Part shown: positions 36,251-46,574 of the stretch, one piece after another | Position numbering within the stretch: the first letter of the stretch is position 1 | Layout of the letters: the number at the start of each line of letters is the position of its first letter | DNA from: Sulfitobacter sp. | GTDB taxonomy: Bacteria; Pseudomonadota; Alphaproteobacteria; Rhodobacterales; Rhodobacteraceae | Reading direction: 5' to 3' | Length of the DNA: 64,000 bases | Assembly: GCA_047634585.1 (NCBI GenBank) | Contig: JBLIAN010000014.1 | Location: forward strand, 18,110 to 82,109 | Translations under genes and position numbers: made by a program | Notes under the pieces: model-generated | The model's database searches: none | Told to the model about the DNA's origin: nothing | What the model saw: the letters and a program-made list of their open reading frames with translations, nothing else

Positions 36251-37501
36251 ATGAACATGGGAAAACGCGCCTTGCTGGCCAAGCTGATCCAGGACATCCG
36301 CGCCAGCTATTGGTTTTTGCCAAGCTCGCTGATCTGTCTGGCAGTGCTTCTGGCCCAGTTGACCTTGTTTCTGGATCAAAACCCCGCGTGGGTGCCGATG
36401 GAATTGCCCAAAGCCCTGCGCGCCACGCAGGTCGATGGGGCGCGGTCCTTGATGTCGATCATTTCGCAATCGGTGTTTGGCGTGGCAGGGGTGATGTTTT
36501 CCATGACCATCGTGGCGGTGTCCTTTGCCTCGGGTAATTTCGGGCCGCGGCTGATCGGCAATTTCATGCGCGACCGGGGCAACCAATGGAGCCTCGGCAT
36601 TCTGGTGGCCACCTTTGTCTATGCCCTGTTGATCACCCGCGCGATCCAAAGCCCGACCGGTGCAGAGGCCGACCTGTCCACCAGCCTGTTTGTGCCACAT
36701 CTGTCGATCCTCATCGCGCTGGGGCTGACCTTTGTGTCGGTGTTTACCGTGGTCTATTTCGTGCATCACATTCCCGAAACCATCAATGTCTCCAACATCA
36801 CCGCGGGTTTGGGCAATCGGCTGGTGCATGACATCAAGGCACTGATCAAGGATCAATCCGGCAAACAGGGCGGGGCTGTCACCTTTCCCGGCGGCGATCC
36901 TGACCGGACCCTTACCTTGGGGCAATCGGGCTATATCCAGACCATGAACAAGGAACAGCTGGCCGCACTGGCGCAAAAACATGACCTGTTGATTGATGTG
37001 CCCCTGCCGGTGGGCACATTTGTGACCGAAGACACAATTGTGCTGCGCATTTGGGGGGCTGACATCCCGACAGAGGCGCATGAGAACCTGCACGCAAGTT
37101 TTGCCCTTGGCCATAGCCCGACCGAAAGCCAGAATCTGTTGTTCATTGTAAATCAACTGGTCGAAATGATTGCCCGCGCCATGTCTCCGGGGGTCAATGA
37201 CCCGTTTACCGCGATCAATTGCCTGAACTGGCTGCATTCTGCCGCGGTGACCGGGGCCAATTATCAAGGCGGGCTTGGCGCTGTTGAAACCGGCAAGGTC
37301 AGAACCGGCCAGATCAGTTTTGGTGATCTGTTGCAGGCCGGCTTTGGCGCGGCGCGGCCCTATACGAAATCCGATGCGCTCTGTGACCGCCATCAACGGC
37401 TGATATTTGATCAACTCGGCTCACAGATCACCGCCCCCGATCATCTGGAAACCCTGCGCGCTTTCATAGACCGTCTGGAACAGCCGGGCGATGCCGCTTA
37501 A
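36251..37501 (+). CDS. DUF2254-family membrane protein
   Basis: The N-terminal YWFLPS motif and four TM helices followed by a soluble domain match my recollection of DUF2254. Not verified. Confidence 0.6.
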   Translation: MNMGKRALLAKLIQDIRASYWFLPSSLICLAVLLAQLTLFLDQNPAWVPMELPKALRATQVDGARSLMSIISQSVFGVAGVMFSMTIVAVSFASGNFGPRLIGNFMRDRGNQWSLGILVATFVYALLITRAIQSPTGAEADLSTSLFVPHLSILIALGLTFVSVFTVVYFVHHIPETINVSNITAGLGNRLVHDIKALIKDQSGKQGGAVTFPGGDPDRTLTLGQSGYIQTMNKEQLAALAQKHDLLIDVPLPVGTFVTEDTIVLRIWGADIPTEAHENLHASFALGHSPTESQNLLFIVNQLVEMIARAMSPGVNDPFTAINCLNWLHSAAVTGANYQGGLGAVETGKVRTGQISFGDLLQAGFGAARPYTKSDALCDRHQRLIFDQLGSQITAPDHLETLRAFIDRLEQPGDAA

Positions 37502-37503
37502 GG

Positions 37504-38481
37504 TTGAACAATGCGGCGTTGCCCTTTGACAGATCACGCATGATGTTGGGCAGGATGGGAACAGGATGGATGATGGCCTCGGGTGAATGGATCGGTGTAG
37601 AATGGCGTGCCACGCAGATGCGGGCATGGCGGATGCGGGCGGATGGCCCGCAGGCGTTGCATTGGGATCTGGATGCAGGCGCATTAACCGCCGATGGTTT
37701 TGAATCTGCCTTGATGCAACGGATCGGCGCGCAAGTTCACGGACCCTTGGTGGTGATCGTCAGCGGCTATCCGATCGGGGAAATTGCCACGCCCTGCCCG
37801 CCGCCGCGCAGCGACGCCGCAATGCGCTTGCCCTGTTCAAATCCCGATGTGGCCCTCTATGCCCTGCCCGCCCTGCGCCAGAACCGCCCCGCCGATATGC
37901 TGCAGGGCGAAGCCAGCCAGATCGCCAGCTTTCTGCACCAGAACCCCGATTTTGACGGTGTGATCTGTCTGGCGGATGATCACAGCAAATGGGTCCATAT
38001 CAGCGCCACTGAAATTGTCAGCTTTCAAACCGCGATGACCGGTGAAATCTTTGGGCTTTTGTCCACATATTCCAGTCTGCGCAGCGCCATCGGCAGCGGT
38101 TGGGACACGGCCGCCTTTGGCGCGGCGATATCGGACGCGCTGTCACGCCCACAGGCCATTGCCGCGCAGCTGTTCACCCTGCGGGCCGAACATCTGTTAC
38201 AGGGCCAATCCCCCGATCTGGCCCGCGCCCGATTGATGGGCCTGTTGATTGGTCTCGAACTCGCAGCAAGCAAACCCTATTGGCTGGGTCAGAACATTGC
38301 CCTGATCGGTGATCCGGCGCTGACGGATATCTATGCACAGGCGCTGGCGGCACAGGGCATCACCGCGCCCCAACACATGGGCAGCGATCTGACGCTGTTG
38401 GCCCTGACGGCCGCTTATGACAGCGTGACCAAAAACCCGACCGACCCTGAATTCCATCCAAACAACGAGGCCCGCCCATGA
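37504..38481 (+). CDS. dgoK: 2-dehydro-3-deoxygalactonokinase-like protein
   Basis: The IGVEWRATQMRAW motif resembles the DgoK N-terminus (DWGT..LRAW). The true start is probably the internal ATG near 37570. Confidence 0.65.
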   Translation: MNNAALPFDRSRMMLGRMGTGWMMASGEWIGVEWRATQMRAWRMRADGPQALHWDLDAGALTADGFESALMQRIGAQVHGPLVVIVSGYPIGEIATPCPPPRSDAAMRLPCSNPDVALYALPALRQNRPADMLQGEASQIASFLHQNPDFDGVICLADDHSKWVHISATEIVSFQTAMTGEIFGLLSTYSSLRSAIGSGWDTAAFGAAISDALSRPQAIAAQLFTLRAEHLLQGQSPDLARARLMGLLIGLELAASKPYWLGQNIALIGDPALTDIYAQALAAQGITAPQHMGSDLTLLALTAAYDSVTKNPTDPEFHPNNEARP

Positions 38482-39323
38482 GTAATGTTCACGTCTTTGA
38501 CGACCGCGCCTGTGTCTTGGGCGAAGGGCCGCTGTGGCACCCCGAGCGCCAGCAATTGTATTGGTTTGATATCCTCCGCAAATCTCTGATGACCCGCGTC
38601 GGGGATCAGGCCGAGGAATGGCAGTTTGACGATCATGTTTCGGCTGCAGGGTGGATTGATGCGGATCATCTGTTGATTGCATCCGCGGCGGGGCTGTTCA
38701 CCTATGATCTGACCAACGGACAGCAAAAACAGATTGTCGCGCTTGAAGAAGATAACCCTGTCACCCGGTCCAATGATGGCCGTGCCGATCCGTTGGGCGG
38801 ATTGTGGATTGGCACAATGGGCAAATCCGCAGAACCCGATGCTGGCGCGATCTACCGCTTTTACAAGGGTGAGCTGCGGCTTCTATACAAGGGTATTTCC
38901 GTATCCAACGCGATCTGTTTCACCCCCGATGGCAATGCCGCCTATTTCACCGATACCCACAGCCGCAAAGTCATGCGTCAAACGCTGGATGCCCAAGGCT
39001 GGCCAAAAGGCACCCCCGAATTGTTTCTGGATGTCACCAAAGAAGGCCTGAACCCCGACGGGGCGGTGGTGGATGCACAGGGCTGTTTTTGGAACGCACA
39101 ATGGGGGGCGTCACGGGTGGCGCGCTATGATCCGGCGGGGAATTTCCTGTCGGAAATCACCTTTCCCGCCCGTCAGGTCACCTGCCCTGCCTTCGGTGGT
39201 CCTGATCTGAGCACGCTGTATGTGACCTCGGCCTCGGTGCGGGTCAACGACCCCCAGGGTGGTCAGACCTTTGCCGTTCAAACCGGCATCAAAGGTCAAA
39301 AGGAACATCAGATCATCTTGTAA
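38478..39323 (+). CDS. SMP-30/gluconolactonase/LRE-family lactonase
   Basis: LGEGPLWHP, RSNDGRADP.GG.W.GTM and NPDGAVVD motifs of the six-bladed propeller family. ATGA overlap with dgoK. Confidence 0.8.
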   Translation: MSNVHVFDDRACVLGEGPLWHPERQQLYWFDILRKSLMTRVGDQAEEWQFDDHVSAAGWIDADHLLIASAAGLFTYDLTNGQQKQIVALEEDNPVTRSNDGRADPLGGLWIGTMGKSAEPDAGAIYRFYKGELRLLYKGISVSNAICFTPDGNAAYFTDTHSRKVMRQTLDAQGWPKGTPELFLDVTKEGLNPDGAVVDAQGCFWNAQWGASRVARYDPAGNFLSEITFPARQVTCPAFGGPDLSTLYVTSASVRVNDPQGGQTFAVQTGIKGQKEHQIIL

Positions 39324-39334
39324 TCACCGCGCCG

Positions 39335-40216
39335 TCAAAGCCCGTTCACCGGCACTTTCAACACCATATGCCCGTCTTTGTCCTTGGGCACCGCGCCGGC
39401 GCGCATGTTGACCTGCAACGACGGGATGATCAGGCTGGGCACAGCCAGCTGTTTGTCGCGTTCAGTGCGAAAGTGGATGAATTCTTCACGGGTTTTGCCG
39501 CCGCCCACATGGATATTGCTGGCCTTTTGCTCTGCCACCGTGGTTTCCCACATGATCGCCCGATCATTTGGGCCGTAATCATGGCACATGAACAGGCGCA
39601 TCTCGTCGGGCAGCGCCAGCACCTTTTGAATGCTGTCGTATAATTGCCCCGCATCCCCACCGGGAAAATCCGCCCGCGCCGATCCGCCATCGGGCATAAA
39701 CAACGTATCCCCCGCAAAGGCGGCATTGCCCATCACATGCACCATACAGGCGGGCGTATGTCCGGGCGTATAGATGGCAAAGCCCTGCATATTGCCGATC
39801 TGATAGGTATCACCATCCTTGAACAAGGCATCAAATTGCGATCCGTCGCGTTGGAATTCGGTGCCTTCATTGAAAATCTTGCCAAAGGTTTCCTGTATCA
39901 CCAATATCTTTTCGCCCACCCCGATCTTGCCGCCCAGCCGTTCCTGCAGATAGGGTGCCGCGCTCAGGTGATCCGCGTGAACATGGGTTTCGATGATCCA
40001 GTCCAGTGTCAGACCATGATCGGTGATTTCCTTGATCAAGGCATCGGCGTGGTCATAGGTGATCCGCCCTGCAGCATAATCAATGTCCATCACGCTGTCG
40101 ATAATCGCACAATGGCGGCTGGCGGGATCTTTGACAATATAGGTGATCGTGTTGGTGGCTTTGTCAAAATGCGCCGATACTTCGGGCTTTACGGACAGAT
40201 CAACAGGATAGGTCAT
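39335..40216 (-). CDS. Metallo-beta-lactamase-fold hydrolase (glyoxalase II / persulfide dioxygenase-like)
   Basis: HxHxDH motif (ETHVHADHLS) and downstream His/Asp ligands (TPGHTPAC, GDTLF). Confidence 0.8.
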   Translation of the reverse strand: MTYPVDLSVKPEVSAHFDKATNTITYIVKDPASRHCAIIDSVMDIDYAAGRITYDHADALIKEITDHGLTLDWIIETHVHADHLSAAPYLQERLGGKIGVGEKILVIQETFGKIFNEGTEFQRDGSQFDALFKDGDTYQIGNMQGFAIYTPGHTPACMVHVMGNAAFAGDTLFMPDGGSARADFPGGDAGQLYDSIQKVLALPDEMRLFMCHDYGPNDRAIMWETTVAEQKASNIHVGGGKTREEFIHFRTERDKQLAVPSLIIPSLQVNMRAGAVPKDKDGHMVLKVPVNGL

Positions 40217-40330
40217 CGGAAAATCCTCACAGGGTCAGAAGGTGGGGTGCGCGGATGAATGGTAACCCCCGCGCGCCTGATCGCTCAATAGTTTTGTCTG
40301 GCGGCTGGCGGTGAAACGACAAACCCAGTC

Positions 40331-41203
40331 TTAAGTGAATTTACGAAACAAGCGGGTCTGGTCGAACATTTCTTCGAGATCTGCCATGCGTTCCTTGGTG
40401 TCGCTCCAGTTGAGGTTCTGCACAGCGGCAATCATGGTTTCGGTCAGCAACATCGTGGTTGCCGCGCTGTCCCATGCCGAGGGCACCACAATGCGGCTGG
40501 ACAGGCTGATATCGGCCAGATGATGCACGGGGGATCGCCATTGATCGGTGAACAGGATCACTTTGCCCCCCCGCGCATGGGCCATCTCCGCCAGTTTAAG
40601 CGTGTTGTTCTCATAGCGCCGCACGTCATAGATTACAAAAACATCGCCCTCTTTCACATCCAACAAGTAATGCGGCCATGTGTTCGAGGTGGATTGAATA
40701 TGGGTGATCTTGGGGCGGATCACCTGCATGTGCAAAAACAGATATTCCGCCAGCGTATGGGTGATGCGCCCGCCAACAATATACAGATGGCGCGTGGTAT
40801 CCGCGACCAAGGCGCAGGCATCGTCAAACCCCTGCGGATCAATCTGGCCCAAGGTGTGGCGGATGTTGTCGATCACCGCATCGGTGAATCGGTTAAGCAT
40901 GTGTTCGGAGGGCACATTTTCCGCCCATGTGTCATGTTTGGCAATCGGGTCTTTGGCCTTGGCCTTGAGTTCCTCGCGCAGTTCGGCCTGAAAATCGGGG
41001 TATCCTTTGAACCCCAGTTTTTGCACCATCCGCGCCACGGTGGGCACTGAAACATTGGCATCCTTGGCCAAAGACGCCAGTGGCCCCAAGCCGGAAGCCG
41101 GATAATTTTCCAGTATCGAATGCGCCAATTGGCGTTCCGCGCGGGTCAGTTCATCCAGCTTGCGTTGGATGCGATCAGAGATTGTCAGTGGCGCATCAGA
41201 CAT
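40331..41203 (-). CDS. MurR/RpiR-family transcriptional regulator (HTH_6 plus SIS domain)
   Basis: N-terminal ERQLAHSILENY...VSVPTVARMVQKLGFKGY and a C-terminal SIS-like region. Confidence 0.85.
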   Translation of the reverse strand: MSDAPLTISDRIQRKLDELTRAERQLAHSILENYPASGLGPLASLAKDANVSVPTVARMVQKLGFKGYPDFQAELREELKAKAKDPIAKHDTWAENVPSEHMLNRFTDAVIDNIRHTLGQIDPQGFDDACALVADTTRHLYIVGGRITHTLAEYLFLHMQVIRPKITHIQSTSNTWPHYLLDVKEGDVFVIYDVRRYENNTLKLAEMAHARGGKVILFTDQWRSPVHHLADISLSSRIVVPSAWDSAATTMLLTETMIAAVQNLNWSDTKERMADLEEMFDQTRLFRKFT

Positions 41204-41226
41204 GGCTGCCTCCTTTTTGATTGATA

Positions 41227-41255
41227 ATATAACAAAACAATCCTTGGTGTTATAT
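41227..41255. promoter_or_regulatory. Candidate RpiR operator
   Basis: Inverted repeat ATATAACA-N13-TGTTATAT in the A/T-rich divergent intergenic region. TTGACA further downstream at about 41271. Confidence 0.35.
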
Positions 41256-41318
41256 ATTTTTCACAATTCAGTTGACAGCGGCCCTATGGCCCAAGCAGTT
41301 TGACCGCAGGGGACCACA

Positions 41319-42098
41319 ATGACCAACACACAGAATCAAGACGCAAATCACAATGTCCAGATGGTGAATGCCGCTGGCGGGTCTTCTGTGATCTTGGTGT
41401 GCGAACATGCCTCCCATTACATTCCCCCTGAATTTCAAGGGCTTGGCCTGACGGGCGATGCTTTGACCAGCCATGTTGCCTGGGATCCCGGTGCAATGGC
41501 GGTGGCGCGACGTTTGTCTGAGCGACTGAATGCGCCCTTGGTAGCAGCCGCGGTGTCGCGGTTGATTTATGATTGCAACCGCCCGCCCGAGGCCCCCGAT
41601 GCCATGCCAGCCCAAAGCGAGGTCTTTGCAATTCCGGGCAATGCTGATCTGTCCGACGCCGACCGCGCCGCGCGCATTGCAACCTATTACGCGCCGTTCC
41701 GCGACGCCCTGTCAGATACAATCGCCAAGCTCAGCAATCCGGTGATTGTCACCCTCCACAGCTTTACCCCGATCTATCATGGCCAGAGCCGCGCTGTGGA
41801 AATCGGCGTGTTACATGACCGCGACAGCCGCATGGCCGATGCGATGCTGGACACAGCGGGCGCACATACTGATGCGCTGGTGCTGCGCAATGCGCCATAC
41901 GGGCCGGAACACGGCGTGACCCACACCCTACGCGAACATGCGATTGCACAAGGCCATATGAATGTGATGCTGGAAATCCGAAATGATCTGATCCGCACTC
42001 CCGATGAACAGACTGCGGTGGCCGATATGATCGCAAACTGGATCGCCGATGCTTTTGCCCGCACCCAAGCACAGGGGGCCGTCACATGCGGGGCATGA
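41319..42098 (+). CDS. N-formylglutamate amidohydrolase (FGase, PF05013-like) family protein
   Basis: LVCEHASHYIP near the N-terminus, HSFTP, and EIRNDL near the C-terminus. Confidence 0.7.
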   Translation: MTNTQNQDANHNVQMVNAAGGSSVILVCEHASHYIPPEFQGLGLTGDALTSHVAWDPGAMAVARRLSERLNAPLVAAAVSRLIYDCNRPPEAPDAMPAQSEVFAIPGNADLSDADRAARIATYYAPFRDALSDTIAKLSNPVIVTLHSFTPIYHGQSRAVEIGVLHDRDSRMADAMLDTAGAHTDALVLRNAPYGPEHGVTHTLREHAIAQGHMNVMLEIRNDLIRTPDEQTAVADMIANWIADAFARTQAQGAVTCGA

Positions 42099-42655
42099 TG
42101 CGCGGATTTATCAGAGGCGTTGATGCGCTGAACTATCGTGTCGGCCGTTTCAGCATGTATGGCATCTTTGCCTTGATGGGCATTCTGCTGTGGTCTTCGA
42201 TCAGCAAGACGTTTTTCCTGCCCTCGCTCTGGACGCTGGAAATGGCGCAGTTTGTGATGGTGGGCTATTACATCCTTGGCGGCCCCTATTCCCTGCAACT
42301 GGGATCAAACGTGCGGATGGACCTGCTGTATGGCGACTGGAGCGATCAGCGCAAGGCGTGGATGGATCTGTTCACGGTGATGCTGCTGATCTTTTATCTG
42401 CTGGTGCTGCTCTATGGTGCGATCAGTTCCACCGCCTATTCGCTGGGATACTGGAAGACCGAACCGCTGACTTATCTGTTTGGCGTGGTGACGGGCAGCG
42501 AAGACATCGGGCGGCTTGAACGTTCGTCCACGGCGTGGCGTCCCTATATGTGGCCGATCAAAACCGTGATGATTGTCGGTTTTTTCCTGATGATCCTGCA
42601 ATGCCTTTCCGAATTCTGCAAAGACGTGCTGCGCCTGAAAGGTGAAGAAATCTAA
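42086..42655 (+). CDS. TRAP transporter small permease subunit (DctQ-like)
   Basis: About 4 TM helices. Immediately precedes and abuts the DctM-like gene. Confidence 0.75.
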   Translation: MRGMMRGFIRGVDALNYRVGRFSMYGIFALMGILLWSSISKTFFLPSLWTLEMAQFVMVGYYILGGPYSLQLGSNVRMDLLYGDWSDQRKAWMDLFTVMLLIFYLLVLLYGAISSTAYSLGYWKTEPLTYLFGVVTGSEDIGRLERSSTAWRPYMWPIKTVMIVGFFLMILQCLSEFCKDVLRLKGEEI

Positions 42656-43980
42656 TGCCTTACGAATTAATCGCCACGTTGATGTTTTCAACCATGATGC
42701 TGATGCTGCTGACGGGGCAGCGGGTGTTCGGGGCCATCGGTTTTGTTGCCGTTGTCGCCGCCCTGCTGCTGTGGGGGGACAAAGGCGGGTATGACATCGG
42801 TTTTGCCGCCGCGATGAAGCTGATGAAATGGTATCCGCTGCTGACACTGCCGATGTTCATTTTCATGGGCTATGTGCTTTCGGAAAGCAAAATTGCTGAC
42901 GATCTTTACAAGATGTTCCATGTCTGGATGGGGGGGCTGCGCGGCGGGCTGGCGATCGGGACAATTGGCCTGATGGTGCTGATTTCCGCAATGAACGGCC
43001 TCAGCGTGGCGGGTATGGCGATTGGCGCCACCATCGCGCTGCCGGAACTGTTGAAACGCGGCTATGACAAACGCATGGTCACCGGGGTTATTCAGGCCGG
43101 GTCCTCCTTGGGCATCCTTGTGCCGCCTTCGGTTGTGCTGGTGCTTTACGCGATGATCGCGCGACAGCCCGTGGGACAATTGTGGCTGGCCGGGGTTGTG
43201 CCCGGATTGATGATGGCAGGTATGTTCATCGCCTATATCGTCATCCGCTGCCGGTTCAATCCCGCCTTGGGTCCGGTGCTGAGCGCCGAAGACCGCGACA
43301 TGCCGCGTGCCGAAAAACTGCGCCTGCTGCGGGCCGGATTACTGCCGATCATCATTTTTGCCGTGATGATGGTGCCTTTTGTCAACGGCTGGACCAGCCT
43401 TGTAGAAAGTTCCGCCATCGGGGCGCTTGCAGCGTTTTTCGCTGCGGTTTTCAAAGGCCGGATGACCCGAGAGGTGTTTGAAAATTCAGTGCGCAATACG
43501 CTGGGCATCACCTGTATGTTCATGTGGATCATTCTGGCGGCACTGGCCTTTGGCGCGGTGTTTGACGGGCTGGGCGCGGTCAAGGCAATCGAAAACCTGT
43601 TCACCGATCAATTGCACCTCAGCCCGTGGATGATCCTGATCCTGATGCAGCTTAGCTTTATCATCATGGGGACGTTTCTGGATGACACGGCGATGCTGGT
43701 GATTGTGGCGCCCCTATATGTGCCGCTGGTGGGGGAATTGGGCTTTGATCTGATCTGGTATGGTATCCTTTATACGATCACCACACAGATTGCCTATATG
43801 ACGCCGCCTTTCGGCTATAACCTGTTCTTGATGCGCGCCATGGCGCCGCCAGAGATCACCTTGCGCGATATCTATGGCTCGATCACCCCGTTTGTGCTGG
43901 TGATGGTGCTGGCGCTGACCCTCGTGATGATCTTTCCGCAATTGGCCACCTGGCTGCCGGATGTCGTCTACGGAAAATGA
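42655..43980 (+). CDS. TRAP transporter large permease subunit (DctM-like)
   Basis: 441-aa polytopic protein with a typical DctM sequence pattern. Confidence 0.9.
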   Translation: MPYELIATLMFSTMMLMLLTGQRVFGAIGFVAVVAALLLWGDKGGYDIGFAAAMKLMKWYPLLTLPMFIFMGYVLSESKIADDLYKMFHVWMGGLRGGLAIGTIGLMVLISAMNGLSVAGMAIGATIALPELLKRGYDKRMVTGVIQAGSSLGILVPPSVVLVLYAMIARQPVGQLWLAGVVPGLMMAGMFIAYIVIRCRFNPALGPVLSAEDRDMPRAEKLRLLRAGLLPIIIFAVMMVPFVNGWTSLVESSAIGALAAFFAAVFKGRMTREVFENSVRNTLGITCMFMWIILAALAFGAVFDGLGAVKAIENLFTDQLHLSPWMILILMQLSFIIMGTFLDDTAMLVIVAPLYVPLVGELGFDLIWYGILYTITTQIAYMTPPFGYNLFLMRAMAPPEITLRDIYGSITPFVLVMVLALTLVMIFPQLATWLPDVVYGK

Positions 43981-44032
43981 CAAAATCACAAGCCGGATCA
44001 ACCGGCGTAACCTGCAACAAGGAGAACGACCA

Positions 44033-45064
44033 ATGACAACCAGACGTAAGTTTATCCAAGGGGCCGCTGTTGCCGCCCCGGCCGCGCTGGCCACGCCCGC
44101 GCTGGCCCAAAGCACCATCAAATGGCGCATGCAGACCTATGCCGGTGCGGCATTGGCTGAACATGTGATCGACCCCGCCATCAAGATGTTCAACCAGATC
44201 GCGGGTGACCGCATGCAGATCGAATTGTTCTATGCCGATCAGCTGGTCCCGACAGGTGAATTGTTCCAGGCCATGCAGCGCGGCACCATTGACGCCGTGC
44301 AATCGGATGACGATTCAATGGCCTCCCCGACCGAAGTCACCGTGTTTGGCGGCTATTTCCCGTTCGGGTCGCGCTATTCACTGGATGTGCCGGTATTGTT
44401 CAACCAATACGGCCTGAACGAAATCTGGGACGAAGAATATTCCAAGGTCGGCGTCAAACACATCTCGGCCGGTTCTTGGGATCCGTGCCATTTTGCCACC
44501 AAAGACCCGGTCAACAGCCTTGCCGATCTGAAAGGCAAACGCATCTTTACCTTCCCGACCGCTGGCCGTTTCCTGACCCAGTTTGGCGTGGTTCCCGTGA
44601 ACCTGCCGTGGGAAGACATCGAAGTTGCGGTTCAGACCGGTGAACTTGACGGCATCGCATGGTCCGGCATCACCGAGGATTACACCGTTGGCTGGGCTGA
44701 TGTGACCAATTATTTCCTGACCAACAACATTTCCGGCGCTTGGGCAGGATCGTTCTTTGCCAATATGGACCGTTGGAACGAATTGCCTGAAGATCTGCAA
44801 ACATTGTTCCGCGTCTGCTGTGACCAGTCACATTATTACCGCCAGTGGTGGTATTGGGGCGGCGAGGCCAACCTGCGCGTCAACGGATCCAAGATGCAGC
44901 TGACCACGATCCCTGATGATGAATGGGCAACCGTCGAAGCCGCCGCTCAGGTGTTCTGGGAAGAAATCGCCGCAGAAAGCGATGTCAAACGCCGCGTGGT
45001 CGACGTGTTCAAGAAATACAACGCCGACATGGTCAAAGCGGGCCGTCCCTACCGCTACGGCTAA
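44033..45064 (+). CDS. TRAP transporter substrate-binding protein (DctP-type) with a twin-arginine-like signal
   Basis: MTTRRKFIQGAAVAAPAALATPALAQ signal. Start set at 44033, with a GGAGAA RBS. The longer ORF from 43961 overlaps dctM. Confidence 0.85.
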   Translation: MTTRRKFIQGAAVAAPAALATPALAQSTIKWRMQTYAGAALAEHVIDPAIKMFNQIAGDRMQIELFYADQLVPTGELFQAMQRGTIDAVQSDDDSMASPTEVTVFGGYFPFGSRYSLDVPVLFNQYGLNEIWDEEYSKVGVKHISAGSWDPCHFATKDPVNSLADLKGKRIFTFPTAGRFLTQFGVVPVNLPWEDIEVAVQTGELDGIAWSGITEDYTVGWADVTNYFLTNNISGAWAGSFFANMDRWNELPEDLQTLFRVCCDQSHYYRQWWYWGGEANLRVNGSKMQLTTIPDDEWATVEAAAQVFWEEIAAESDVKRRVVDVFKKYNADMVKAGRPYRYG

Positions 45065-45072
45065 ACATACCT

Positions 45073-45101
45073 CGCAGGGTGGGGATGTTCCCCGCCCTGC
45101 G
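45073..45101 (+). terminator. Stem-loop after the TRAP binding-protein gene
   Basis: CGCAGGGTGGGG-ATGTT-CCCCGCCCTGCG: a 12-bp stem with one G-T pair and no strong T-tract. It may be an attenuator or stabiliser within the operon. Confidence 0.4.
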
Positions 45102-45122
45102 TCTTAAACTGAAAGGCATCAC

Positions 45123-46475
45123 ATGAACTTCGACGACCTGAAAGCCCGCGTCTCAGACGGCAGCATTGATACCGTGCTGGCCTGTTTTGTGGATATGCAG
45201 GGCCGCCTGATGGGCAAACGCTTTCACGCGGTGAATTTCGTTGAGACATCTTATGCGCAAACCCATTGCTGCAATTACCTGCTGGCCACCGATCTTGAGA
45301 TGGCCACGCCGGATGGCTATGCCTCGACCTCTTGGCAAAGCGGCTATGGCGATTATGTGATGCAGCCCGACCTGTCGACGATCCGTCCGGTGCCCTGGCT
45401 TGATGGCACTGCGATGGTGCTCTGTGATGTGCTGGACCACCACACCCATGCGCCCGTCCCCCATTCGCCCCGCGCGATCCTGAAAAAACAGATTGCCCGC
45501 CTTGAGGCTCTGGGCTTTGACGCGATGATGGCGACCGAGCTGGAATTCTTCCTGTTCGAAAAAAGCTATGAAGAGATCCGCAAATCCGGCTTTCGCGATC
45601 TGACCCCGATCAGCGGCTATAACGAAGATTACCACATTTTCCAGACCACCAAGGAAGAAGGCGTGATGCGCCCGATCCGCAACCACCTGTTCAACGCAGG
45701 CCTGCCGATCGAAAACTCCAAAGGCGAGGCCGAAGCCGGTCAGGAAGAATTGAACATCCGCTATTCCCCGGCCCTTGATTGCGCCGATTACCATTCGATC
45801 GCCAAACACGCGATCAAGGAAATCTCGTGGCAGCACGGCCATGCCGCGTCTTTCTTGCCCAAATGGCACCACAGCAAGGTCGGCAGTTCCAGCCATGTGC
45901 ATCAATCCTTGTGGAAAGATGGCAAAGCCGCGTTTTTTGATCCCGACGCCGATCTGGGCATGTCCGACGTGATGCGCCACTACATGGCAGGGCTGATCGC
46001 CTATTCCCCCGATTACACTTTTTTCCTCGCGCCCTATGTGAACAGCTACAAACGCTTTGCCAAAGGCACGTTCGCCCCCACCAAAACCGTCTGGTCGGTG
46101 GACAACCGCACCGCTGGTTTCCGGCTCTGTGGGGCGGGCACCAAAGCTGTACGGGTGGAATGCCGCATCGGCGGGTCGGATTTGAACCCCTATCTGGCGC
46201 AGGCCGCCATGCTGGCCGCTGGCATAAAAGGCATTGAAGACAAAATGGCCCTGCCCGCCCCGACCACCGGTGATGTCTATGAAGACGCCAAAGCGGCAGA
46301 TATCCCCCAGACCCTGCGCGCGGCAACCGTCACCCTGCGCAGTTCCAAATTCCTGCGCGATGCCATGGGCGATGATGTGATTGACCACTACACCCGCTGC
46401 GCAGAATGGGAACAGGAAGAATTCGACCGCGTGGTGACCGATTGGGAAATTGCCCGCGGCTTTGAACGGGCGTAA
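45123..46475 (+). CDS. Glutamine synthetase-family enzyme, gamma-glutamyl-amine ligase (PuuA/GlnA-like) type
   Basis: GS beta-grasp plus catalytic domain pattern (ELEFFLF, NSKGEAEAGQEELN, GSSSHVHQSL, NRTAGFR). Confidence 0.85.
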   Translation: MNFDDLKARVSDGSIDTVLACFVDMQGRLMGKRFHAVNFVETSYAQTHCCNYLLATDLEMATPDGYASTSWQSGYGDYVMQPDLSTIRPVPWLDGTAMVLCDVLDHHTHAPVPHSPRAILKKQIARLEALGFDAMMATELEFFLFEKSYEEIRKSGFRDLTPISGYNEDYHIFQTTKEEGVMRPIRNHLFNAGLPIENSKGEAEAGQEELNIRYSPALDCADYHSIAKHAIKEISWQHGHAASFLPKWHHSKVGSSSHVHQSLWKDGKAAFFDPDADLGMSDVMRHYMAGLIAYSPDYTFFLAPYVNSYKRFAKGTFAPTKTVWSVDNRTAGFRLCGAGTKAVRVECRIGGSDLNPYLAQAAMLAAGIKGIEDKMALPAPTTGDVYEDAKAADIPQTLRAATVTLRSSKFLRDAMGDDVIDHYTRCAEWEQEEFDRVVTDWEIARGFERA

Positions 46476-46574
46476 AGCCGTGGCGGGCCGCCCTGCCCCA
46501 CCATATCAGGCGCTGACAGCGGCCTTTTCAAGACTTGATCCTCGGCGGCAAACCCGCCTCTACGGAGACATAAA

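Noticed and set aside
35471-37414. 647-aa ORF on the minus strand spanning the Crp/Fnr and DUF2254 genes
   Set aside because: It is antisense to two plus-strand ORFs that have clear family features (a helix-turn-helix, TM helices). Its translation is Arg/Gly/His/Gln/Pro-rich with low complexity and no motifs. This is typical of a stop-codon-poor shadow frame in high-GC DNA.
45153-46388. 411-aa minus-strand ORF opposite the glutamine-synthetase-like gene. Similar long antisense ORFs occur at 1097-2140, 4585-5796, 6749-7735, 7416-8297, 46560-47633, 51199-52233, 53982-54725, 57068-58057, 60032-60853 and 61658-62752
   Set aside because: All lie opposite genes with strong family signatures. They lack RBS and motif support and show the composition expected from reading GC3-rich codons in reverse.
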